Positions 21,376 to 30,288 of a stretch of DNA of 64,000 bases are shown here, one piece after another. The stretch comes from a candidate division WOR-3 bacterium (GTDB taxonomy: Bacteria; Hydrothermota; Tepidihabitantia; Tepidihabitantales; JAOUPE01). Location: positions 32,001 to 96,000 of the forward strand of contig JBDRUX010000001.1 of NCBI GenBank assembly GCA_039801565.1, in the 5' to 3' direction. The notes beneath the pieces were generated by a model. It saw only the letters and a list, made by a program, of their open reading frames with translations, did no database searches and had not been told where the DNA came from. Every line of letters starts with the position of its first letter. Positions within the stretch are counted from its first letter, which is position 1. A program made the translations under genes and the position numbers.

Positions 21376-23205
21376 TCATTTACTCTGATGACCGGTCAAA
21401 CGGATTGATTTTATTTGACTTTTCCAATCCTTGCCACCTTGCTCTTTGGACAGTGTAAAGAGTACAATATTGGCATTGTTCACAGTCTGGCCAGGTTGAA
21501 ATGTTAGCATATCGTCCCATTGACCGTTGCCATTAGCGTCCCAATAACCGAGGCCTTCGCCCGGGTCACTATAACCATTATTGTTCACATCATCAAATGC
21601 CTCAACATATGCCTCAAGCGGTGCCGAAAGTGAATAGATAATTGTGTAGGCTCCGGTGGCGGGATTGACGCTAACTATACCGACGGGAATAATAGTATTT
21701 GTGTGTGAAGTATCAAGGAAGGCAATACAGTAGTTAGATAGAGAATGCCCAGGCCAAGTAACCACTCCGGAAACAGTAAGATTTTGTCCACCACCTTGCT
21801 GTTGTAATGTTGCATTTATTGTAGTTGTCTGACCAGCGTTGACTGTGACCGTATCAATCCAATCATAATATCCGCTCAAAGTCAGTTTTACTTCATAATT
21901 ACCTGGATTGATGGTAAATGTCACATTGGTGGTGTGACCGGTATTTGTGCCGTTAATCCAGACCGTAGCACCGGTTGGGGTTGAATTAACCACTAATGTT
22001 CCGGTATTTCCACCACCTCCGCCGCCACCAGTTGAACTTATGAACTTGGATAAAAATGCATGCCAGTTAGTGGAACGAAATTGACATTGGACATATTTGG
22101 TAGATTCAAATAACTCGGCTCGATACGGAAAGTGAATATTTAATCCGCCCCGCGTCAATCCGGTAACATTAGTCATCGTCATTGGTACTGCATCATTTAT
22201 TCCATCAATAACCTCTTGTGCCGCATTTTTAATAAGGTTGATATTCTGAAGATTCGGTTCCTGTAACACCTTTTTGCAGAACTCACGCAAATCACAAAAT
22301 GCTGGGTCATCCCATTGCGTGTAGTGAGTTGAGTTGAAGGCATCTAAAACTTCATTCCAATTATTGCCGGTCTCAGTTACTAACATATTACCAAGATTGG
22401 AAATCCGAGAGGCGAGCGCAGTCATTTTGCTTAAATCAGTTACTGCCATATGCGCCTGTTTCTGCTTATTATTTGCCGTCGCATATACCGCCTCAACAAT
22501 CTTCTTAGAAATCTCAAGCGGAGTTGTGTTTGGGTTAGCGGAAAGGTGCCCCAGCCATTGTTCTGAACCAAGAATACTCTGCATCGGCATCGTGAATTGA
22601 CAGGCAACCATATAGTCAGCATTGTCTTTTAGTTCATAAGCGACCTCAACCATTGACATCAAGCAAGCGTGAAAGACAATAACATCAAAATGAAAGGTGT
22701 CTAGTGCCTGTTTCATATCCGGCATTGACATTAAATCACCAGCGCCATTCTGCTCATCCGAACACGCACCACGCCAGCCACCACCATGGTCATCAATTAT
22801 CAACATATAATGCTCAGCTGGATATTTCTCTTTACCGGCTTTGATGAAATTATGCAAGGTCGTTTTATCTGACATATCTTTAGTTCCCAAGTTCTCAATC
22901 ACAGTTGAACTGAGCGAATCTGGCATTTCGTTTTCAAACTTCTCAATATGGTAATACTTACAGTTGCCGCCGGTCTTTAAAGAACCAAGCATAACCATAA
23001 TTTGAACCTTATCGGTTGAGCCAATCTTCTCCATCTCTTGGGCATCGGCTATGCAATAGGAATTTCCGTTCAATGAGACATCAAGGTTATTATTCCCGTC
23101 CATATAGGCAAGTATTGTCCAAGTGGCTTTTTTCGTCTTATGGCAGGTGAGGGATAAAAAGCCCATAACCATTACAATTAGGAGAAGGAACTTCGATAGT
23201 TTCAT
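21376..23205 (-). CDS. Clostripain-family (C11) cysteine peptidase lipoprotein with PEGA domain
   Basis: WTILAYMDGNNNL, DHGGGW, FHACLM, EVAYEL; Gly linker followed by GTLVVNSTPTGATVWING. Confidence 0.88.
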   Translation of the reverse strand: MKLSKFLLLIVMVMGFLSLTCHKTKKATWTILAYMDGNNNLDVSLNGNSYCIADAQEMEKIGSTDKVQIMVMLGSLKTGGNCKYYHIEKFENEMPDSLSSTVIENLGTKDMSDKTTLHNFIKAGKEKYPAEHYMLIIDDHGGGWRGACSDEQNGAGDLMSMPDMKQALDTFHFDVIVFHACLMSMVEVAYELKDNADYMVACQFTMPMQSILGSEQWLGHLSANPNTTPLEISKKIVEAVYATANNKQKQAHMAVTDLSKMTALASRISNLGNMLVTETGNNWNEVLDAFNSTHYTQWDDPAFCDLREFCKKVLQEPNLQNINLIKNAAQEVIDGINDAVPMTMTNVTGLTRGGLNIHFPYRAELFESTKYVQCQFRSTNWHAFLSKFISSTGGGGGGGNTGTLVVNSTPTGATVWINGTNTGHTTNVTFTINPGNYEVKLTLSGYYDWIDTVTVNAGQTTTINATLQQQGGGQNLTVSGVVTWPGHSLSNYCIAFLDTSHTNTIIPVGIVSVNPATGAYTIIYSLSAPLEAYVEAFDDVNNNGYSDPGEGLGYWDANGNGQWDDMLTFQPGQTVNNANIVLFTLSKEQGGKDWKSQIKSIRLTGHQSK

Positions 23206-23482
23206 AGGTCCTCCGTTTCTAATAATAACTTAATAGTTCTGTTTATTCGAGGGACTATTCCTCTCCCTATCCTTTATCTTCCAAGAATGGGGAACAGCGA
23301 GGTGATTTGCCCCTCGTTCCGATTATAATCAAGAAAATTTATCGGGTCAAGCATTACTTTTCATTAAACTTAATTTATTTAAGGTGGCAATTTAATAATT
23401 TTAGCTACTGGCTGGATAGCCGAAGAGATAGATTATGAACGAAAAGGGTTGACAAAAGGCAAAGTCTTTATATCCTACTTGA

Positions 23483-23998
23483 GTGCCAAAGGTTTTGCTT
23501 TTTGGTAAGCCGAAATCGGGTAAGACGACTTTGGTGAAAAAGGTCTTAGCCGAACTGCCCAAAAATTCTTACGGCGGTTTTTGGACCGAGGAGATAAAAG
23601 AGCAAGAGGAGAGAGTCGGGTTTAAAGTTGTCACCACCGAAGGTGAGGAAGGTATCTTGGCACATAAAGACTATCGCAGTCCCTACCGAGTGTCAAAATA
23701 TTATGTCAATGTGACGGATTTTGAACGAGTAGCATTAAAAACACTCGACAATGCCGAAAAAAGCAAGGATTTAATTGTGATTGATGAGATTGGCAAAATG
23801 GAATTATTTAGCCAAAAATTTGCCCAAGTGATTGAAAAGATTTTTGCCAACAAGCATAAGAAAGTCCTTGCTACCATCCCGATTAGCAATATCCCTTTGA
23901 TTGAAAAACTTAAAAAACTATCTGACGCAACGGTGATGGAAGTGACACCAGCTAATCGTGATTTCTTGGCAACTAAAATCCTTAAACTAATTAAATAG
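23483..23998 (+). CDS. Nucleoside triphosphatase (THEP1/NTPase_1 family)
   Basis: GKPKSGKTT, GGFWTEEI, RVGF, IVIDEIGKME. Confidence 0.92.
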   Translation: MPKVLLFGKPKSGKTTLVKKVLAELPKNSYGGFWTEEIKEQEERVGFKVVTTEGEEGILAHKDYRSPYRVSKYYVNVTDFERVALKTLDNAEKSKDLIVIDEIGKMELFSQKFAQVIEKIFANKHKKVLATIPISNIPLIEKLKKLSDATVMEVTPANRDFLATKILKLIK

Positions 23999-25351
23999 AT
24001 GGCGCGTTTCAAACAACCGGTTAATCCAGCCCGTACCTTAATTTTTGGTTATCTTATCATTATCCTCTGCGGAACCGCACTGCTAATGTTACCAATATCA
24101 GCTACCAATATTAAACCGGTGGAAGCTTTATTTACTGCTACCTCAGCGGTATGCGTCACTGGTCTAATCGTAAAAGATACGCCAACCGAGTTTACTCTAT
24201 TTGGGAAGTTTATCATCTTGCTTTTAATTCAAATCGGTGGAATCGGTTATATGACATTATCCACTGCTTTTTTCTTTTTCCTAAGAAGGGGAATAAGTTT
24301 AAGAGATAGACTTTTGATGAAAGAATCAATAAGTTACCTTTCCTATGAGAACCTACGCCGGTTTGCCTTCACAATAATTAGAGTTACGATTGTGATTGAA
24401 GGTATTGGGACAATTTTACTTTTTGGCTATTTTGCTCGACTCGGCATGCCAATTGGATATGCTTTTGGTCATGCGGTCTTTCATTCGATTTCAGCATTTT
24501 GCAATGCCGGTTTCTCAACTTTTTCGAATAATCTTACCGGCTTTGCCAACAGTTTCTTTATCCCAATTGTCATTTCTTTACTTCTCATCAGTGGTGGGAT
24601 TGGTTTCATTGTAATCAGCGATATTTATAAGACCTGGATAACAAAAAAGAATCTGCGGCTTTCGGTTCATTCCAAAGTTGTTCTAACAACTACTTTGATT
24701 CTAATTATCGGCGGAACGGCACTTTTGCTTTTATTAGAATGGAATAACTCATTAGCCCCTTATCCCTTGGCCCAGAAAGTTTTAGTTGCCTATTTTCAGG
24801 CGGTGACGCCAAGAACCGCTGGGTTTAGCACAATTCATCTTGGCGCTTTTAACCCAGCGGCGCTTTTATTACTAATATTTTTGATGTTTATCGGCGCTTC
24901 ACCCGGTGGAACCGGTGGCGGCATTAAAACCACCACCTTCAGTCTATTGCTATTGGAAATTAAGAACTTGTTACGAGGCAGGAGTGAAATTTTAATTTTT
25001 AAGAAAAAACTGTTACCAGGATTGACCGGACGGGCTTTTTTAGTTTTTACCCTATCTTTATCTTGGCTATTGACAGTAGGCTTTTTGCTCTTAATCTTAG
25101 AAGGTAAAAAAGGAGATTTATTGCGATTGGTTTTTGAATTGACATCAGCTTTTGGCACAGTTGGCTTATCATTGGGCTCAAAACTCCAAGCCCATGTCTC
25201 GGCATCTTATGATTTCTCAACGTTAGGAAAGCTAATTGTGATTGCAACGATGTTAGTGGGCCGAGTAGGAACTTTAACCGTTGGCACAGCCCTTATAAGA
25301 CCCAAAAAACTTAACTACACTTACCCGGAAGGGACGGTATTAGTTGGCTAA
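23999..25351 (+). CDS. ktrB: Ktr/Trk potassium uptake membrane subunit
   Basis: SAVCVTGL, SAFCNAGF, PRTAGF, PGGTGGGIK, SAFGTVGLS pore-loop motifs. Confidence 0.93.
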   Translation: MARFKQPVNPARTLIFGYLIIILCGTALLMLPISATNIKPVEALFTATSAVCVTGLIVKDTPTEFTLFGKFIILLLIQIGGIGYMTLSTAFFFFLRRGISLRDRLLMKESISYLSYENLRRFAFTIIRVTIVIEGIGTILLFGYFARLGMPIGYAFGHAVFHSISAFCNAGFSTFSNNLTGFANSFFIPIVISLLLISGGIGFIVISDIYKTWITKKNLRLSVHSKVVLTTTLILIIGGTALLLLLEWNNSLAPYPLAQKVLVAYFQAVTPRTAGFSTIHLGAFNPAALLLLIFLMFIGASPGGTGGGIKTTTFSLLLLEIKNLLRGRSEILIFKKKLLPGLTGRAFLVFTLSLSWLLTVGFLLLILEGKKGDLLRLVFELTSAFGTVGLSLGSKLQAHVSASYDFSTLGKLIVIATMLVGRVGTLTVGTALIRPKKLNYTYPEGTVLVG

Positions 25352-26033
25352 GAAATTTGCCGTAATTGGCTTAGGCCGTTTTGGTTCGGCTACCGCCCAA
25401 GCTTTAGCCGAAAAGGGATTTGAAGTGATGGTAATTGATACCGATGAAAATAAGGTCTCAGCTTTAAGTGATATCGCATCACAAAGCTTAGTCTTAGACG
25501 CTACCGATTCCAAAGCCCTCAAAGACGCCGGGATTGCTGATATTGATATTGCAATTGTCTCGGTTGGGCAAAAAATTGATTCCAGTATCCTAATAACCTT
25601 ATTGTTAAAGGAATTAGGGATAAAAGAAGTGATTGTCAAAGCGGTCAATTCTTTGCACGGTACAATCTTAAAGCGCATCGGCGCGGACCGGGTCATTTTC
25701 CCAGAACGAGAAGTGGCGGTTAAACTGGCGGAGAGCTTTGTCTCGCCCAAAATTTTCGATTACATTGAACTCTCACCAACTCACAGCGTAGTAGAAATCG
25801 CGGCGCCCAAACTATTCTTTGGTAAGACCTTAAAGCAACTGGCACTGCGCGAACGCTACAAAGTCCAAGTTATTGCCATCAAAAGGAAAATTCCATTCAT
25901 AACCGAAAAAGGATTGCCGGACTTCAAAGAAGAAGTGAATATTGCACCGAATGCCGATGACGAAATCAATGAAGGTGATATTTTAGTCCTATTGGGGCGT
26001 TATGAAGACTTAGAAAAGATTGAACGGATGTGA
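25344..26033 (+). CDS. ktrA: Ktr/Trk potassium uptake RCK subunit
   Basis: VIGLGRFG, IGADRVIFPE, C-terminal TrkA_C domain. Confidence 0.93.
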   Translation: MAKKFAVIGLGRFGSATAQALAEKGFEVMVIDTDENKVSALSDIASQSLVLDATDSKALKDAGIADIDIAIVSVGQKIDSSILITLLLKELGIKEVIVKAVNSLHGTILKRIGADRVIFPEREVAVKLAESFVSPKIFDYIELSPTHSVVEIAAPKLFFGKTLKQLALRERYKVQVIAIKRKIPFITEKGLPDFKEEVNIAPNADDEINEGDILVLLGRYEDLEKIERM

Positions 26034-26310
26034 GACTTTCCCAATGAAAAAAACGCCAGCAAATCCAGAAGACTTATTGGAGACAGGCCAATTTTACCTT
26101 TTGAACCAAAAGTTTTCCGAGGCGATAAAGAAATTTAAGGAAGCCTTGAAACTGAAGCCTGATGACCCGAAAATCTATTTCCAATTAGGACTGGCTTATG
26201 AAGGTGCCTGCCAAATCAATGAAGCGAAAGAGATGTTTCGAAAAGTATTAGAATTGGATGCCGGGGCAAAAGAAGCCGCCGAACACTTGGAACGCCTGGC
26301 AGGAAAATAA
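26020..26310 (+). CDS. Small TPR protein
   Basis: Two TPR-like repeats (EAIKKFKEALKLKPDD; EAKEMFRKVLELD); probable start ATG 26044. Confidence 0.8.
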   Translation: MNGCETFPMKKTPANPEDLLETGQFYLLNQKFSEAIKKFKEALKLKPDDPKIYFQLGLAYEGACQINEAKEMFRKVLELDAGAKEAAEHLERLAGK

Positions 26311-26313
26311 TTA

Positions 26314-26442
26314 GTGTATTGTCCAAGGTGTAAAACAAAAATGGTTGAACAGAAGCGAAGTTTTCATAAGAAACGAAAATGGGTATGTCCAAAATGTGGC
26401 AAGGTACGGATGCAGTTACCAAAATTAGCTAAAGAACAATGA
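26314..26442 (+). CDS. 42-aa basic zinc-ribbon microprotein
   Basis: GTG start: MYCPRCKTKMVEQKRSFHKKRKWVCPKCGKVRMQLPKLAKEQ*; two CxxC motifs, AGGA upstream, ATGA overlap with the next gene. Confidence 0.75.
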   Translation: MYCPRCKTKMVEQKRSFHKKRKWVCPKCGKVRMQLPKLAKEQ

Positions 26443-27995
26443 TGAAGAGCGAAAGTTTAACTTTTAAAGATAAACCAAAGAGACCAGACTTGATTGGGGT
26501 TTGGTTATTATCTTTAGTAATCTTTACCCTGAATCAAGTTCAGGGTAATCCGCCCCAGGTGGCGAAAAAGGAGGGAATTATGCGCGAACCAGCGGTTGCC
26601 GGGCAGTTTTATCCAGGTAGTAAAGAAACATTAGATAAAACTGTAACTAAACTACTTAATAGTGTGACCGTTCCTAAGATTACCGGGAAAATCATCGGGA
26701 TTGTTGCACCCCATGCGGGTTATGAATATTCTGGGCAAGTTGCCGCGCATAGTTATAAATTGATTGCCAACTTAGACTATAAGACAGTAATCATAATTGG
26801 ACCAAGTCATCGGACATTTTTTGAAGGGACTGCAGTTTATAGCCAAGGGATATGGAAGACACCATTAGGCGAAGTGGCAATTGATTCGAAATTAGCCCAA
26901 GCCATAATTAATCATAATCCCAAATTGATTAAGGATTTGCCCCAGGCCCATAAATTGGAACACTCCTTAGAAGTCCAATTACCATTTTTACAAAAGACGC
27001 TAAAAGATTTTAAAATTGTACCCATTATGTTACTCGAACCAACTTTCCAAGATTGTGAGGCTTTAGCCGATGCGCTAAGTAGTGTGATTAAAGATAATTC
27101 AGCTCTTCTCTTAGCTTCCTCGGATTTATACCATGGCTACTCCTACAATGAGTGTGTAGCGACAGATAAACGGACCTTGGGCTTGATTGAAAAGATGGAC
27201 GCCAAGGCACTATTTAATGCCCTAAAGACAGGAGAAGCACAAGCTTGTGGTGGAATGCCAATTGTGGTGGTAATCCTGGCATGCCAAAAATTGGGTGCCA
27301 ATAAAGCCAAGGTTTTAAAATCAACTAATTCCAATGAAGTAACCGGTGAAATTGGTGGTTATTGTGTTGGTTACGGCTCAGTGGTTTTTTACCAGTCACA
27401 AGCCCAAGAAGGCAAAAAACCAAGTATTGAAGAAATGAGCGGCACAATTGGTTTGAGTCCTGAAGAGAAGAAAGAGTTATTAAAGATTGCCCGCACCACC
27501 TTAGAAAAACACATCCGAAAAGAAAAAATTCCTGAGTTCAAACCGAGTTCAGAAAAATTAAAAGAAAAGCGTGGGGTATTTGTCACCTTAAAAAAACATG
27601 GCGAATTGCGGGGTTGTATTGGTTATGTCGAAGGTATTAAACCGACCTACGAAGCGGTAAAGGAGAATGCAATCAATGCCTCAACCAATGACCCAAGATT
27701 TTCACCGGTCCGACCCGAAGAATTAAAAGACATCGACATTGAAATAACCGTGATGACGCCACTGCAAAGAATCACCGACCCAAAAGTTATTGAAGTTGGT
27801 AAACACGGAATTCTAATCAAACGGGGTTGGAATCAAGGCTTACTCTTGCCCCAAGTCGCCACGGAATATGGTTGGAATCGAGAGGAATTTTTAGCCCACA
27901 CCTGTTTAAAAGCTGGTTTGCCGATTAATGCCTGGAAAGAAAAAGATACCGAAATCTATATCTTTTCCGGCGAGGTCTTTGGGGAAAAGGAATAA
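26439..27995 (+). CDS. AmmeMemoRadiSam system protein B (MEMO)-protein A (AMMECR1) fusion
   Basis: REPAVAGQFYP, PHAGYEYSG, GPSH, EHSLEVQLPFLQ, then GVFVTL...LRGCIG, DPRF, LLLPQV, CLKAG. Confidence 0.92.
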   Translation: MMKSESLTFKDKPKRPDLIGVWLLSLVIFTLNQVQGNPPQVAKKEGIMREPAVAGQFYPGSKETLDKTVTKLLNSVTVPKITGKIIGIVAPHAGYEYSGQVAAHSYKLIANLDYKTVIIIGPSHRTFFEGTAVYSQGIWKTPLGEVAIDSKLAQAIINHNPKLIKDLPQAHKLEHSLEVQLPFLQKTLKDFKIVPIMLLEPTFQDCEALADALSSVIKDNSALLLASSDLYHGYSYNECVATDKRTLGLIEKMDAKALFNALKTGEAQACGGMPIVVVILACQKLGANKAKVLKSTNSNEVTGEIGGYCVGYGSVVFYQSQAQEGKKPSIEEMSGTIGLSPEEKKELLKIARTTLEKHIRKEKIPEFKPSSEKLKEKRGVFVTLKKHGELRGCIGYVEGIKPTYEAVKENAINASTNDPRFSPVRPEELKDIDIEITVMTPLQRITDPKVIEVGKHGILIKRGWNQGLLLPQVATEYGWNREEFLAHTCLKAGLPINAWKEKDTEIYIFSGEVFGEKE

Positions 27996-28001
27996 ATCCG
28001 G

Positions 28002-28401
28002 GATATTGTCAAAAACTTTATGAAAGAGACCACAGAGAATCCGAATGGGATTAAGAAAGAAAAAGGGAACTCTGAAACAAGTTCAGAGTCGACTTCGTCG
28101 AATCACAGAGATAAATTAAGTTCTTTGTGTTCGCCTCACGCAGTGAGATTCTTCTCAATATGCTTCTTCATCTTTTTCCTGTTTATTTGTGTTCATTCGT
28201 GGTTTTCCCCTTTTCGTTCGGTGGACGCTGCGTGTAGCTCGTAAGAGATTCGCTTTAAGGAACATAGTTCATCAAACGCGGATTGAAGGAAGGTCTAAAA
28301 AGACTGAAATTCAAGGAACACAGAGGGGGAGCCCGATTTGGGTAAGTTCTTGAGCTTAAAAAGAATTCTCTGTGTTCTCTGTGGTTGATTTTGACAATAC
28401 C
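28002..28401 (+). mobile_element. Non-coding MITE-like element bounded by terminal inverted repeats
   Basis: GATATTGTCAAAA...TTTTGACAATACC ends; left end is 24/26 identical to the reverse complement of 40848..40873; inner inverted repeat ACCACAGAGAA / TTCTCTGTGGT. Confidence 0.7.
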
Positions 28402-28408
28402 AAATCTG

Positions 28409-28518
28409 ATTTGAGGAAAAACCCCTCAACTCCCCATCTTTAAAAGAGATGGTTCAAAATTGTTTCCGCCTCAGGCGGATTCAATTTGGGGATTTAAAGG
28501 GACAAAGCCCTTTGGTAG
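28409..28518 (+). repeat. REP-like double-hairpin repeat (copy 2)
   Basis: TTGAGGAAAAACCCCTCAA...GGGGATTTAAAGGGACAAAGCCCTTTGG. Confidence 0.7.
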
Positions 28519-28533
28519 TTTTGCATCGCAAAG

Positions 28534-28800
28534 GTTAGTTAAAACTAACGTTTCCCAATGACCAGTTTTTCTTCTATCATATTGATTATCCAAGTAGTTA
28601 GTCGTAAGACAGCTTAGAGGGAGGGTATGGCGGGGTGGCAGTATCCGGGGCAGTGGCAGGGCTAGCTTATAAAGCAACCCAATTAGTTGTTTTTGGTACA
28701 TATTCAGACTTTACCTTCGACTCTATCCGAATTACTACTTAGAGGAAAGTTTTCCGGCCTGGTTAGCGAATAGGTTCAAAGGCTGGCTGATAGGATAGAA
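28534..28800 (+). repeat. Dispersed element copy 2 (palindrome plus diverged G-rich array)
   Basis: GTTAGTTAAAACTAAC, TTTTCTT, then GAGGGTATGG at similar spacing to copies 1 and 4. Confidence 0.65.
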
Positions 28801-28879
28801 GACAAACAAAATAAGCAGTGAACTGGAAAATTAGATAGTCAATCGCCTGAGAAGATAATCTTCAGTCCCTTCCAGTGGA

Positions 28880-30286
28880 TTAACTGGGATAATCGGTAGG
28901 TGGATAAATCCCTGAAGGCGGTTTGCCAAATTCAGGAATTTCAATTTTTAACTGACGGAGTTTCCGATAAAGGTGGGTTCGGTCAATAGCTAAGACCGCC
29001 GCGGTCCTTTTCAAATTCCAATTGTTACGGGCTAACATCTTTAAGATGTAATCCCGTTCAAATTCTTCCCGGGCTTGTTTGAGCGTAACCAATTTTGATT
29101 TCACTTGTGGCTCACCTATCTCCATAATTCTAATTAAATCTTCCGCATTGATTTTTGGATTTTTCACCATTATCACTGCCAGTTCCATAAGGTTGCGTAA
29201 TTCCCGACAATTTCCGGGCCAGGGTTGATTCTTTAAAAACTCGATAGCATTATCGGTTAAAATCTTCTTCGGCACTCCGTGTTCTTCACAGAGTGTAGTC
29301 AGGAAATAATCGGCTAAGACTGGCACGTCTTCGGGTCGATTCCTTAATGGTGGAATATAGACATTAACCACATTGAGCCGATAGAATAAATCTTCCCGGA
29401 AGCGGTGTTCTTTAATTTCTTCCCATAGATTCTTGTTGGTGGCAGCAATTATCCGAACATCAACTTTATGGGTCTTAACACTGCCTAACCGTTGAAATTC
29501 CCCTTCCTGAATGAATTGGAGTAATTTGGCTTGGGCGGGTAGGCCCAAATCACCAATCTCATCTAAGAACAAGGTGCCGCCATCCGCCATTTCCAACTTG
29601 CCTTTTTTCTGGGTCTTGGCATCAGTAAAAGCCCCCCGTTCGTAACCAAAGAGTTCGCTTTCAATCAATTCCTTAGGTATTGCGGCACAATTGATTTTGT
29701 AAAAAGGTTGGTCCTTTCTTAAACTGCGGAGATGGATGGCTCGAGCCACCAAATCTTTACCAACCCCGCTTTCACCAACAATTACGACGCTCACTTTCTC
29801 GGGTCCAACATTTTCAATTAATTCAAAGATTTTTTTCATTGCCGAAGAAACCCCAACCATCTGGTAGCGTCTTAACAACTCTTCTTTAAGGAGCTGGACT
29901 TCTTTTTCGATTTGCTCCCGTTCCACTGCCCGTCGAATTAACAAAAGCAATCTATTTTTATCAAAATTGCTTTTTTCTAAGAAATCGTAGGCACCCTCTT
30001 TGGTGGCTGCGACCGCATCTTTGACGGTACCGAAACCAGATATGATAATTACGGGTAGCAGCGGATGGATTTTTTTAATTCTTTTCAGAACTTCGATGCC
30101 GTTGATATCGGGTAAAATTAGGTCGAGGAGGACAACATTCAGATTATTTTCTTGCACCAATTTAAGTGCCGACATACCATCTTCTGCCGTAATAACCGAA
30201 TAGTGTCCTTCGGTCAATATATTAGTCAAAGTCTGACGGGCTCGCTCGTCATCATCAACAACTAAAACTCGAGGATTTATTATCAT
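28880..30286 (-). CDS. Sigma54-dependent response regulator (NtrC/NtrX family)
   Basis: Receiver (LVVDD, LLDL), GESGVGKD, ESELFG.E.GAFTDA, LFLDEI, WPGN.REL, Fis-type HTH. Confidence 0.95.
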   Translation of the reverse strand: MIINPRVLVVDDDERARQTLTNILTEGHYSVITAEDGMSALKLVQENNLNVVLLDLILPDINGIEVLKRIKKIHPLLPVIIISGFGTVKDAVAATKEGAYDFLEKSNFDKNRLLLLIRRAVEREQIEKEVQLLKEELLRRYQMVGVSSAMKKIFELIENVGPEKVSVVIVGESGVGKDLVARAIHLRSLRKDQPFYKINCAAIPKELIESELFGYERGAFTDAKTQKKGKLEMADGGTLFLDEIGDLGLPAQAKLLQFIQEGEFQRLGSVKTHKVDVRIIAATNKNLWEEIKEHRFREDLFYRLNVVNVYIPPLRNRPEDVPVLADYFLTTLCEEHGVPKKILTDNAIEFLKNQPWPGNCRELRNLMELAVIMVKNPKINAEDLIRIMEIGEPQVKSKLVTLKQAREEFERDYILKMLARNNWNLKRTAAVLAIDRTHLYRKLRQLKIEIPEFGKPPSGIYPPTDYPS

Positions 30287-30288
30287 GA

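Noticed and set aside
18167..28701. Short ORFs 18167..18349, 28020..28244 and 28471..28701
   Set aside because: They run through palindromic repeat elements and have no protein-like motifs.
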